A stretch of DNA of 57,638 bases, the filler included, from Sphacelaria rigidula (lineage: Eukaryota): the NCBI GenBank assembly GCA_964200075.2. It is 8 parts of 8 records of this genome, joined end to end, with 100 filler letters (N's around TTAATTAATTAA, not from the genome) between each part and the next. Parts side by side here need not be neighbours in the genome. Positions count along the whole stretch, not along the records: positions 36,088 to 43,204 come from CAXNAA020016404.1; positions 43,305 to 50,421 come from CAXNAA020016405.1; 6 more parts are not named here. One strand, given 5' to 3'. The notes under the pieces are model-generated. The model had not been told where the DNA came from. It saw nothing but the letters and a program-made list of their open reading frames with translations, and did not search any database. Below are positions 36,865-48,610 of this stretch, in pieces (within the stretch, counting starts at the first letter, position 1; every line of letters starts with the position of its first letter). A program made the position numbers and the translations under genes.

Positions 36865-37965
36865 GAAGGGCGAGCGGGGGTACTCATTTGTCGCTTGCCG
36901 TAGTCGTTCGATCACCGACCATATATCCCTTGCGAGACGGAGCCCCGTTACTACTCCTAGTAGAGACACCTCCAACATTCCGCCGGTCATCACGTTTCTT
37001 CCATACATTACACAGGAACCTTTTACATATCTTACCCCCTGCCTGTTTCGCCGTCTGTGGCCACCATCCATCTGTTAGTATAGCCATCATTTTCTCGCTA
37101 CTATCTTCTTGTACGAAACGATTTCATGCAACCTTTGTTTACTTCCGACATTGAGGGGGGCGGGGGCGGGGGCGTACTCATTTGTTGCTTGCCTTAGTCA
37201 TTTGACCATTGACCACGCATCCCTTTCGAGACGGGGGGGTGTACCCATGATCATGCATGCCGTAGCCATAAAACCACTGACCTCGCATCCCTACAAAGCC
37301 GGGACGGGGCACGCCGGGTTTTCGCCATACCAGGCTCGCAATCAATCACCAAGCGCGAAGCGCCGTGGTGTGTTCGGCGAGCCGCATGAAGGGTGGGCTG
37401 CATCCTGCTAAGAATGTTTGGCCCGGAGTGTACTAATCATCATGAATATGAAAATGGCAGCCTACAATGATTTGCTCTATTTTCTGGCATCGCCACTTTC
37501 AGAAACAGCCGCGGGTTATGCACGGCCTCATGGTTGTCTCACTATTTAAATACACACTACGTAGTACGATCACCCCCTCTCCGCAGGGTGGAGGTTCTCT
37601 CATCCCGCACAACATGATCTACCTCGACTACCATAATGTTTACCGCAAAAAAAACGCAAGCGCGCAAATAAAAACGGCAACCAGGTCGCCTAGCTTACCC
37701 AAAAAGTGGCGTGTTTCACAGCGTCATTGCCAAGGGACGCTGCCTTTCTAGGGGGTCCATCCCTACAAAGCCGGAACGGAGCACGCCGGGTTTTCGCCAG
37801 ACCAGGCTAAGGGGGAAGGGGGGGCATACTCATTTGTTGCTTGGCTTAGTCGTTTGACCAGTGACCACGCATCCCTTTCGAGACGAAGCACCGCTGCTAC
37901 TCCTCATAGGGAAACCTCCAACATTAAGGTGCTCATTGCTTTTCTTCCATACATTACACAAAAAT
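36865..37965 (-). mobile_element. Head-to-tail stack: LINE-A (37965-37825), element B (37808-37240), LINE-A (37233-37173), LINE-A (37152-36880), each ending in a C-tract
   Basis: All units are co-oriented and separated on the + strand by G-tracts at 37811-37824, 37233-37239, 37155-37172 and 36862-36880. Confidence 0.85.
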
Positions 37966-38030
37966 ATTTCACCCGTCGGACAAGTCATTACTAGTCGAAA
38001 CGAGTGCACTCGTGGATGTTTTTTGAAAAC

Positions 38031-38298
38031 ACAACGAGCATGACTCGCGTGCTCGAGTCATCACTTTTCTGTACAACGACCAATGCCTCGTGTGCTCCAG
38101 TCATTACTTTTTTTACAACGAGCAATAACTCGAGTGCTCGCACTATTATGTATTTTGCACAACGAGCAATGACTCGAGTGTTCGCCCTATTAATGTTTTC
38201 CACAACGAGCAATGACTCGAGCACTCACCCTATCAACGTTTTCCACAACGAGCACTGACTCCAATACTCGCCCTATTAATTTTTACGGTCAACGAGCA
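38031..38298. repeat. Tandem repeat of ~43 bp, 7 copies (core ACAACGAGCAATGACTCGAGTGCTCG), probably a transposon subterminal array
   Basis: Copies start at 38031, 38073, 38115, 38159, 38202, 38245 and ~38289; intervening sequences are related to one another. Confidence 0.85.
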
Positions 38299-40097
38299 GC
38301 CCAACGAGTACGACTGCCATGATTCACACCCATGCTCACCCGACATGTGAAACCTTTTACATATCGTATCCCCAAGGGGTGAGAGGGCGAACGAAGAAAA
38401 GAAGAAGCGACAAAAAACAGAGTGCAATGTACGCGGAGGCACAACACCAACAGGCAGGTCCCTACTGCCAGGATCCAAACATGTAGACTGTACAAGAAGG
38501 AAGGCCGTGGAACCAGCTTGCGACTCCACTATCTGGGAATCACGCTGTTTGAGCAGGAAATCTCTGATGCCAACTCCACAGGAGGCGGACGCGAACTGCC
38601 TACACGTCAGACAGCTCACGAGCTACCCATACATTACTCATCAGTGAACTAATCCGCATCACGCGCTAGCTCATTTGGCCCCCACCGGACTGGACGCCAA
38701 GCATTCGGAGTCGCGCAAACGTGGAGCCCTGGCTTCTCGGACCCCGCTGCCACGTATCTTGTGTTCTTGGACAAGGCATCTGAGAGTGAGCAATGCTACG
38801 GTAGGGGGGGGTTGCACTTCTTGTTTCTGGGTCTCTTTTTTGTAGGAGCCTAAATATATGGGGCTTACTGTACTGTGCAACACAAATCTCCGGTGACCGG
38901 ACTCCCAGAAACGTGGTTACACGCAGGGGGCCGATTCGTAAATCGGAATCATTTGCAGTCTTTTTTTCAAGTAAAAATAATGCCGATTCTCGAAATGATC
39001 CGTCCAACGCCCGGAGCAGCTCCGAGAAACGTTTTCGCTAAAAAAAGAGTGGGCCTGAGGAAATGTACGTAAACAATGGTTGGTACTATGGAGATGCCGC
39101 CGACCCTAACGCTAACCCTGACCCTAACCTCGACCAAGGCATACCGAAAACCCTCGGGCATGGGGGGTGCGAGGTGTACCCTAGGCAAAGTGTGCTATTA
39201 CCAGAGCTCAAGTCTACGCCTTTCAGCCGGTTTTCCACCGAAACGCGTTCTGGACGAGCTGGGTCTATTGCTCACCACTGCTCACCTACCCCAGACCATA
39301 AAATTTCTCAGAACTTTCTTCAGTCTGAAATCAAGAAAAATCGAGCACCAACCATTGCTGACGTACATTTTGTGGGATCTACTGAAAAAAAGTGTAACCT
39401 CTACCGTAGGATTGCTCGAGTCCTCTTCGACTAGTTGTTCTAGGTAACCCATGAGCGATACGATGTGTGAAACGGTCCAACAACACATTACACGAGATAC
39501 GGAGGGACCACCTACTGCGTCTTGCGGACTACGGCTGAGGCACGGGCCAGGAACCGGGGAAACACATGCGGGGGGTGTTGGGAGTACTTCAGACACGGTG
39601 TGGCGTGCGTGTCGACGGGAGTATACGTGCTGTGGAGTCCGATAGGAGACACGTCTGAACCGTGTTTGACTGCAGGGGCAAATCGTACCGAACGCTTCAC
39701 AAGTCCCACAGCTCGTGAGTTGTCTCCGTTAGGTGGAATCGCTTATCCACTGGGAATAGGTGCCGCTGAGAGCTACTGAATAACTCACCCTATGAAAAAA
39801 GATACCGCTGAGCTATCTCGTACAACTCAGTCAGCGCGGATAGACACCGCTCAGTTATACCGTATAACTCAGCGCTGAGTTATACAAGAGTGAGTCAACT
39901 CGAGTTAAGGGGGCTTGAGTTGTCCGACGTGTGTTTCCCGCAAAAGCAAAAATTTTAGATTCACGATTGTATTCTGCGATGCGTAGGGTTGAAACTGTCT
40001 GTCTGAAACATCCCTCGTGTTAAACACTCTTACACCGGTCGGGCGATATCAAAAAGGAAAACCATCAACGAACATTACACAAAGTTTTTGAATCTTA

Positions 40098-40355
40098 CGA
40101 GGGTCGGACAAATCAATGAGTCGTCTGGGAATTACTTTGGTTTTAGTGTGATTGATTCGAATCGTACGAATCAATCCCTAGGCTTCGTTTTCAGCGTTAC
40201 AATCCAGGTACACGCAACCCAGACACGTGGAATGGCGCAAAGGTTGCGTGGATACCCCTTGGACCAGCGGTCAACGTTTTTCTCCCTTTTGGGCAATCAG
40301 GTCGAAGAAATCGTGCATTTGGTTATTCGAACCCGTGATGATTCGTTCTAACCGT
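40098..40355. mobile_element. Tc1/mariner-type MITE
   Basis: TA|CGAGGGTCGGAC start; homologous copy at 51244-51508 ending GATTCGTCCGCCCCT. Confidence 0.65.
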
Positions 40356-40504
40356 GGGATCTTAGAGCGCGTGTCTGTGTATTATTATCGAGGACGGTAA
40401 CAGACACGCGCTGTGTCACTTCTGGCTTATCCATCGTGGTATTAGGCGCTTCGCGTAGACTTTACCAATAACGAAAATGGCGAGCACAAAGTACTCTCTT
40501 CCTC

Positions 40505-40543
<39 letters not shown>

Positions 40544-40996
40544 ATTTGTTCATTCTTCAATTAGTTTCATTCAGCTTTATGGATGGTAGTTCATGCTCTA
40601 ATAATGGGGTTCCCAAAAATGACGTCCACGTTTCTCCTTGCTCCTTTTCACACGGCGTTTTCCCCCAGAGTGATGCTGCAGTGACAGGGCATTCCTTGTT
40701 TCTTGTTTTGGCATTTCCATTTATTTACCCATTCATTAATTTATTTGTAGCGCTGTGAACTGGCTGCTCTGGCCAGTTGAGTTCAAGCTGGCCGCGCAAA
40801 CGGCCAGTACATCGATGTTTTTGCAGTTAATCGGCTCGGCGAAGCCACGAGCCGCAAACGCCCCCCCGGCTGGTGAGGGGGCCTCGCGGGAGCGCCGCTG
40901 GAGGCGAGAAAAAATGCGTTATTTGGCTTGTTTCACTTCAAAAATGTGGAAAAGTGTAGCAAATGAGACACCTCACATTGAGGAGCTAGAGTCTTA

Positions 40997-41886
40997 GATG
41001 ACATTCAAATCCCATTCAAAGCGGCGAGCGATTCGAAAACCATCCATCTGTAATATGCAGCAACAGACCCTCCGTCAGGAGAGGAGGATACAAGCAAGCC
41101 AAGGCTGGCAGCACGCGGGGATAAGGTACGCTAAATTAAGTAAAAAAGAGCCTTTACTCGGGTGTTATCGTAAAAAACTGGCCGTTACCATACTAAAAAG
41201 TCGTGAACCAGTGAAAAAAACTGATCCACTTTTTTGGTTCATAATGCCCTAGCGAGGCCACACCCAAAATTTTATTACACAAACACCAAACGTGGGCCGG
41301 TAAGTGGCCTGCAAAATACTGTTTGGATTCTTACCGACCCGGTTTTTAAATGGCCCATTAGTAATCTATTACTTAGAGTTGGATCCTAAAAATTGGTATA
41401 GACAATCAATGGGGCATAAAAAGAAACGTCATGCGTTGACCCAACAAGTTATTTTTCCATGAGTTGAAGGCAATAATCAGTTTTCACCTTTCAGTCCAAT
41501 GCCGTTAAAGCATGAAAAAAAAAATCTTTGGGTCCATGCATACCTTTTTTTCTATGCCCTATTGATTGTCCATACCAAAGTTTAGGGTTCAACTCCGACT
41601 ATTAAATTGCGAATGGACCTGCAAACTCCAAATCTGCTTCTAGGCTGGCCCAGCTCGTACCAGGAGTACTGTCTGCACTTGTACTGCTGTCAGGTGCGGG
41701 TCCCAATGCTACTGCCATTTTGTTCGTAATAATGTAAGCATCTTTGTTATAAACTCACCGTACCGGATTTTGGTATAAACATAGCCAGTAACGGCAACAT
41801 TCAGATAAGCTGGAGTCATTACCAGTTCCACTTAAACTCCAGTTCCAGTTTAATCGCCAGTACAAACTGGTCCAGTTCACAGCCTT
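40997..41886. mobile_element. hAT-like element (family of 7346-7944) containing an internal foldback at ~41355-41617
   Basis: Both ends align with 7346-7480 and 7660-7944; the middle is replaced by sequence with ~90-bp imperfect inverted arms. Confidence 0.65.
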
Positions 41887-42626
41887 ATTTATTTGTTGTT
41901 GCTATTTATTTATTGCTGTCATTTTTGTTGTTTTTATCGGGACTGACTATTCGTGTGTGTCTTGTGTTCACTTTACTCTTCATGTAAGGCATAGCAATGA
42001 CGGTACTGGAAAGGTGAGCCTACGTCCGAGACCACGGCCTCGAGAGATTCGCGCTATTGTGTCTAGTGTGCCGCAATAATAATAATAATAATAACCCCGT
42101 TTGCTGTCCCTTCCTTGCTTCGTCTTCTCCTTTCCTCGATTCAGTTTCCTTCAGCGACTTTTTTCCGTGTTGGTGAAACCTTTTGGTACACACTTATCTT
42201 ATGGCCGCGTCTGGGTTCCTCCATCGTGTGATCAGCTATTGCGTGGCAAAAAACAAAAAAAAACATCAAGTACAATCAATCACCTCACCCCGTACTACTG
42301 CCCTTCCTTAGTTCGACTCTCTTGATGCGGGAGGCACAGTATTGCAGCGGTGTCTTGCACTGCGAAATATTTTGGAAGCATTACGAAGAAAAAGACAGGA
42401 GAAAACAAGAACAAACGACACCATCAATTTCGTCCGATTCACCGTCTCACGACAGTAATGGGTGTATCCAGGGGAAGCTGCGGGAGGGGGGGGGGGGGGG
42501 GGGCCCTGGCCTTTTTGGTCTGTCACTTCCCCGACCCCAGCAAGACCGATGCCCCCTCGATCATGGATCACGNNNNNNNNNNGTTCGAACCCACCGGAGA
42601 GGGGGCGGCGGCATGTCGGCTGGGGT

Positions 42627-42658
<32 letters not shown>

Positions 42659-42727
42659 CGTACTCATTTGTTGCTTGCCTCAGTCATTTGACCGTTGACC
42701 ACGCATCCCTTTCGAGACGGAGCACCT
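42659..42727 (-). mobile_element. LINE-A 3' end abutting a long G/C tract
   Basis: CGTACTCATTTGTTGCTTGCC...GAGACGGAGCACC after G-run 42627-42658. Confidence 0.8.
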
Positions 42728-42914
42728 TATCGTCCGAGGCGAAGTCTCTTGGAAAATGCGGAAGGGGGGGCAAGTGGTATAATTTCAACAAGACCACAAA
42801 ATACAGACAGACGCTTCTTCCTCCCAACAAAGCGGGACCACACAGATAGCTGCCTCTCTGTCTGTTTGTCTATCGTTCCCCCTCTCGCTCGCTCTGCCCT
42901 ATCTCGTATCTCAC

Positions 42915-43146
42915 CGCATCCGTCCTCCGCCATCTTCCGATAACTCGGCCACAGTTTCGCCGCCTCTACCCCGAGCTCCCACGCGTCGCAATTCTCATTC
43001 CTCAATCCATTCACCATCGCGGCCGACATTTTTCGAAACAATTTCCGGCCCTCGCTCGCGTTGGCACCCCCGCCTCTACTTAGCTTCAGGTTGAGGTCAT
43101 TTCCAAAATTTTCTGCTGTGGCTGCCAAAACATCCGGCAGCTCATT
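42915..43146 (-). CDS. Internal exon of an unidentified host gene (possible next exon 42019-41973)
   Basis: CAG acceptor, GTGAGA donor, 77 open codons NELPDVLAATAENF...NCDAWELGVEAAKLWPSYRKMAEDGC; phase-compatible continuation GSPFQYRHCYALHEE*. Confidence 0.55.
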
Positions 43147-43204
43147 CTGCGTGGTGGATACGGTTGTATGGGGGGGGGGGGGGGGGGGGGGCGTGTTTTG
43201 TGGT

Positions 43205-43304
43205 NNNNNNNNNNNNNNNNNNNNNNNNNNNNNNNNNNNNNNNNNNNNTTAATTAATTAANNNNNNNNNNNNNNNNNNNNNNNNNNNNNNNNNNNNNNNN
43301 NNNN
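43205..43304. other. Artificial 100-nt contig linker
   Basis: N44-TTAATTAATTAA-N44. Confidence 0.97.
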
Positions 43305-44829
43305 AAAGCACGGCTTTTGAGTTGAACCTCATTTTTTTTTTCAACCCCATTTTCGAAAATCAGCTGTTATATACCGACAATTAACTCATGTCAAACGGGT
43401 TGATTTGTCCGTATCATGCTATTTGGGTTTTCTTTATCAACGTATGGTTTTCGCGGGAAACTACCATTCCCGCGACGAAATCGGCTGTACGTTGCTGGCA
43501 TTTGCTGATTGACTGGGACGAGTGATTAGCATGAACTTGGTTATCGGAGTGATATAATGCCTTGGCGGGCTTGCTTGTTGTTCTATCAATGACCTAAACC
43601 AAATCGGGCATCCAAAAAAGAGTAAACTATCATATTCATGATATAGTTATGGCAGGGTAGGATGATCGTTTCAATGATAATAGGTCTCTGATTTCCTGTG
43701 GCTATCCCGGAAATGCTCACGGCATTCTGAAGACATTGCATTTTGTGGTGTATGGTTTTGATTGTTGATATGGGATTTTGTTTTTCTTTTTGGGGGGGAT
43801 TTCCCATGAATCCGTCTGAATTATCGTATTGGTTCGGTTCTTTTTTTTCTTTGCTTTTTTTCTTGTGTTTGTATTTTATTGATTTCTTTTTTTGTTAATC
43901 ACCCCTTCCCGTTCCCGGTACCAATGAAGACTCGATCTTCAAAATGAGTCTCAGTTTTCTGGGGTGTGGGAGAGGTGTGGCTCGATGCAACTTCGTTCCT
44001 TCTGAAAAGGAACTGCCCTTGAACGAGCCCGGGTGGCCTAATGTGGTGGTAAATGACTGAGTGCCTGAATTAAACTAGTTCTTTTAGATTTGCAGATGGT
44101 CCCCAGAAACGACCGGCGGGCATGGAAAGATTCTAGTCGAATGTGTGTTTGTATAAGACGGGAATTGGATTGTTTTTGTTCGTTGACGCACCTGCTTGAA
44201 GCTGCGTACAAGATTGTACCCGATTAGCCGCGTGTACCTGCTGCTACTACACAGCTTTGATTGGCTAAAGGCACGGCGCATCACGGTGATTTTGTATTAT
44301 GACAAGGTTGTAAGCAGGGCAGGAGGACGTACTGACAGATAGCTTTCCCCAGCTGTTGTACCCCGCCTACCGAGTTCACTCGAACACACCGACCGACCTA
44401 CAGGCACCTATTGGATAAAGAAGAGCTTTGTACCCATCACCTACCACGGTCTCTCCGCCTTCACGATCGCGAGCCCACAGCCTTGACGTGACTCTCTAAG
44501 CTGTGCTGCACTATCACCCTCATCCACAACCGTTATTGTATTCTGGCTTTAGGCTGTGTCATTCTCCCAAACAGCCAGTTGATTGAAAGATAAAGAACCC
44601 TCACTTTGATAAGACGAGTTGATCACAGGACGGGTTTGTCACCATCCCTTCTCTGGTGGGATGCGACTTGCTCTGCTACTGAGCACTGTAGCATGGGTGG
44701 GATATTGTTCCGCACGTTGAACTTTAAATCTCTTAAGAGCTTTCAAATGAACGGCACAATTTCCGTCGGCAATCGAACCTGACAATCTCCCGGTCTTTCT
44801 ATGTGGTTATAAGGTGGGCTACACTGTAA

Positions 44830-45408
44830 TTGTATGTTCAACATAGCTGTGCAGTGTAGACTGTCGCGGTCATGGGAGCTAGACTCTGTTGGATGGCAGT
44901 GCTTGTCATCGCTTGCAAACCAAAATAACGACGGCACTGTCCTGTATTGTATGTACGACGTAGCTCTACAGTGCAGGCTTTCGCGGGGATGGCCTGCGGA
45001 ACACGATGTCGATGAAAAGCCGGTGCTATGCTTTTCTGTTGTGTAACAGGATATTTTGTTTTGTGAAACGATGTGAATCGAACAGCATTCTTTGTCGATG
45101 ATGTTTGCGATCCAGTCGTGTATTTCCATGCCGCTGTTGAAGAACACGGCATCCGGCTGTTGGATGACAGTGCATAGTGCCCTGTATTCACTGTTCGACG
45201 GTCCATAGCGGTACAGTGCACGCTTTCGCGAGCATGACCTATAGCGCACCATGTCGATAAGGTGATGCTATATAGGGCGTCGGACACAAGAGTGTATATT
45301 GAAAACACTGTTTCAAAAAGGATCATATTTGACTTGGATTGAGTATGGATTCAGCGGACGCGTTCGTAGTGAGGTATGTATGAAGCGGAGAGATATTTGC
45401 GCTACGGG
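44830..45408 (-). mobile_element. CCCGTAG-terminated DNA transposon end with subterminal repeats (family of 10050-10830)
   Basis: Minus strand begins CCCGTAGCGCAAATATCTCTCCG; homologous to the contig 2 copy. Confidence 0.5.
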
Positions 45409-46726
45409 CTTGGCCGGCAGTAAATCCCGCATTCGCTTTCCACATCACAACTTCTCAAGTTTCCCAAATCAGCCCGACTTGAGCATCTCGCTGTAAAGTG
45501 CAGACCAACCAGGTAAAAAACACGGCACCGCAGTTGGATGAAAAATGTACTGCATCATATATGACCTCAACGATGGACGAAACAAAAAGAGACTGTCGGG
45601 ATTCGAACTCATGACCTCCATAACTGGAGTCTCCTGTATCACTTGGATTAAAGGGACGCAGCCGTGTCACACGAAAAGTGCGATGCGGCGCCCAATTTGA
45701 GGTATTTTTGACTGAAACCTTACCAGGATGACCTGGACACGAGTGTCCACACCGATGTTTGGGGTGCAGCCTTTTCTATCAACTTTTTATACTTTTCCAG
45801 TTTTTGCTAACAATTCAACTCGCTCCAACTTCCTGCTCTCTTTCCCCCCCCTCTGCGCCTTCAATAGGTTACGCGTGTTGATGATGAACTTGTCTCGTCA
45901 AATATTCAGCGGCTAACTATTCGACTTACCGATCGCATCGCGATTTTTCATTCAAAATCACTGTCAGCTGGCCCAGCTCGTATTGATATATATTCTTGAT
46001 AAAAAGGATGCCCTGCAATGACGTATACGTGGTGCATATGTCGGGCGCTATTAACTGTCCCGTATGCTAACCGTATGGATGAGCGCTGAAATTCTGATGC
46101 GAGGTACCAGTGGCCCTTGTAAGAGACTTACAACTTCACACAATATTCTTCCGGCTACTGGTTGGGACCATACAGGGTGGTCCCACTACTGAGACCACAT
46201 CCTCTCCCGCGCAAAAAGGACGAACGGAGCAGAAAGTAAAACAATGGTGAGGTTCCCCTGCGACCGTACATTCAGCCTGGATCGCACCAGGTACTCTGAT
46301 TAGTCATCAAGAGTCGTATCGAATTTCGGTCCATCTATACCGCGGCACCAAATAACCCAGGGGGTGGTACTCCCCGGTGCACGTTTGATGCAAAATCAAG
46401 ACGCCCGGATTCTTACTCAATTGCGCTCAACATCGGTTGGCGTGTAGCTGCATCAAAGAGGGAACAACGATGATATTACCTGTTTCGACTCTTAAATCGC
46501 CATCGTATAAATCTTACGGCCAACGTACACGCCACGGAGTCTTGGAGAACGTATCTAGAAAAGTGTATTTCATGTCTACTATGTTCTTGGGAATCTACAT
46601 ACAGTATATTGCATTACTCACGCAACGTTTCAGAATGACGACTTGAGCATTTGGGAAGAGGTGGGCATCGGCAAGTAACTTGGAGGCCATTATAACTGCA
46701 ATTTTCTTCACTGATATAAGAGCAGA

Positions 46727-46757
<31 letters not shown>

Positions 46758-47096
46758 TTCCCGACAGTAAGCCAAATGGATTTCTCTCAATACAATGAAA
46801 ATCAAAATATTGGCCGATGGTTCCCTCCAAATTATCGTTTCGCACCTCTCCTCACGATTCCAGGTTCTAATTCTAAAAAATCGCATGAGGAATCGCCATT
46901 TACACGTTTGGAAATCAAGGAGTGGCACAAGCCCCGAGGCGTACGAATAGTCGGCTAGCCCAAGCAGTGACAAGACTAGCACTAGCCAAACCGCCTGTTC
47001 GATGTGCGACCACCCATTCACATTATCGAGGAACCACGAACACTCGACCGATTATTCATTGGTACTCTTTAACAGACCAGATATTCCAAACGTTTG

Positions 47097-47657
47097 CTAG
47101 GATAGCGTACTTGCTAATGCTGGACTGTTGTTTCTCCGATAGAGAATATCGCGATCAATTTCGCGTAGCATCGACTCTTCTGTCCTGGCTTTGTCATCCT
47201 TGCGCTGGACGAGGGCCGCAAGATACTCCATGTCTAGCCCGGTAGTCATTTGCAGAAATGGTTGGATGTGGAAGTGCGGTGATTTCGGGTCCTCCCTGAA
47301 GTTGCATTTGTCTGCGATTTTCAATGCCTGGTTCCAGAGTTCATCATCTCGACGCTCTTCTCCGGGCATCACCGCGCACCGATCCTGCTCCTTTTCTTGG
47401 GTATCTTCTTCTTTTTTGCGTTTCCTCAAGCTCCACACCATCCAATCACCTATGCTCCAGATGCCCCGCAACCATAGCAAAAGGGAGCCGCAAAAACAAA
47501 ACACGCAGAACGCTGCCGCCAAGAGCATGGCGAACACCCAGCCGCCTAGCTTCACGAGCGTATGGAGGAAAGGAAGGATGTACCCCTGTTGCCAAATGTT
47601 GTAGTTGCTCTTCTCTTCCAGATGTTCCTGGGTCGTTGCGGCGGGTTGATCATATAC
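47097..47657 (-). pseudogene. Exon-like 187-codon frame encoding a TM segment and a charged region; probably part of a degenerate gene
   Basis: CAG acceptor at 47659-47658; hydrophobic LGGWVFAMLLAAAFCVFCFCGSLLLWL followed by RKRKKEED; neighbouring minus-strand frames are disrupted. Confidence 0.4.
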
Positions 47658-47972
47658 CTGAGGATTATAGTACAGAGCACAGACGAGAGACAAAAGGAGG
47701 ACATGAAAAATATGAGGAAGTAGTTAGCGGAGACTCTGATGCCGCCCTCCGCACACGAGGCTGTCATGAATCATAACATACCCAGTACGTCGCATAGTGT
47801 TGAGTTTCGGACCCCCCATGACCCACAAGGATGTTCCCGATCTTACGCAAGGGCCTCGGGAGTGGTCTGGGGATATGGATTGCAAATTCAACACAAGAAA
47901 GTGGCGAAACACGTTACAGGCAAGAGGTGCGTTCGACGAGGAACCGTCGCTCACGCGCTCAGTTGAGTATTG

Positions 47973-48610
47973 CAAGGGCAGGTCGGGTAGGGTATAGATT
48001 CGGTACGACCTCGAATATTCTACCCAAATTTGGTTAGAGCACTCTCAACAGTACCTGGGTATAGAGATCACTTGGGTATGACCTCATCACCCTAGCCAAA
48101 GTTTGGGCGGATCGGGTACGACCTCAAATACTCTACCCAAATTTTGATAGAGCACTCTCAGCAATACATGGGTGTAGAGTATCACTTCGGTATGACCTCA
48201 ACACTCCACCCAAGTTTTGGGTAGATCGGATACGACCTCGACTACTCTACCTGAATTTCGGGTAGATCGGGTACGACCTCAAATACTGTACCCCATTTTT
48301 GGTAGAGTACTCTCAGCAATACCTGGGTGTAGAGTATCACTTCGGTATGACCTCCACACTCTACCCAATTTTTAGGTGGATCGGATACGATCTCAACTAC
48401 TCTACCTAAATTTAGGGTAGATCGGGTACGACCCCAATTTCTCTACCCCACTTTTGGTAGAGCACTCTCAGCAATACCTGGGTATAGAGTATCACTTGGG
48501 TATGACCTCTACCTAAATTTTGGGTATTGGATATTATCTAAAAGCTCTACCCAAATATTGTGTAGTTTAGGCACGATTTCAATACTTCACCCAAATGTTG
48601 GGCAAGGTCG
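47973..48610. repeat. Hairpin-containing tandem array with higher-order structure inside a hAT-type element
   Basis: Starts with TIR CAAGGGCAGGTCGGGTAGGGTA; GGTA(C/T)GACCTC recurs at spacings of about 73, 40, 74, 40, 41, 74, 40, 41, 74; monomer contains CTACCCAAA/TTTTGGGTAG. Related arrays at 49368-50002 and ~28095-28350. Confidence 0.85.

Noticed and set aside
38031-38298. CRISPR array
   Set aside because: The spacer-like parts are short (~17 bp) and homologous to one another, and the repeats are degenerate.
42573-42582. 10-N gap and very long G-runs (42486-42502, 42627-42658) as biological features
   Set aside because: This is a scaffolding gap, and homopolymer G lengths are unreliable in short-read data. 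Only the presence of tracts, not their length, was used.
47973-48610. CRISPR array
   Set aside because: No unique spacers, the units form higher-order tandem repeats, there are no cas genes, and the context is a eukaryotic transposon.
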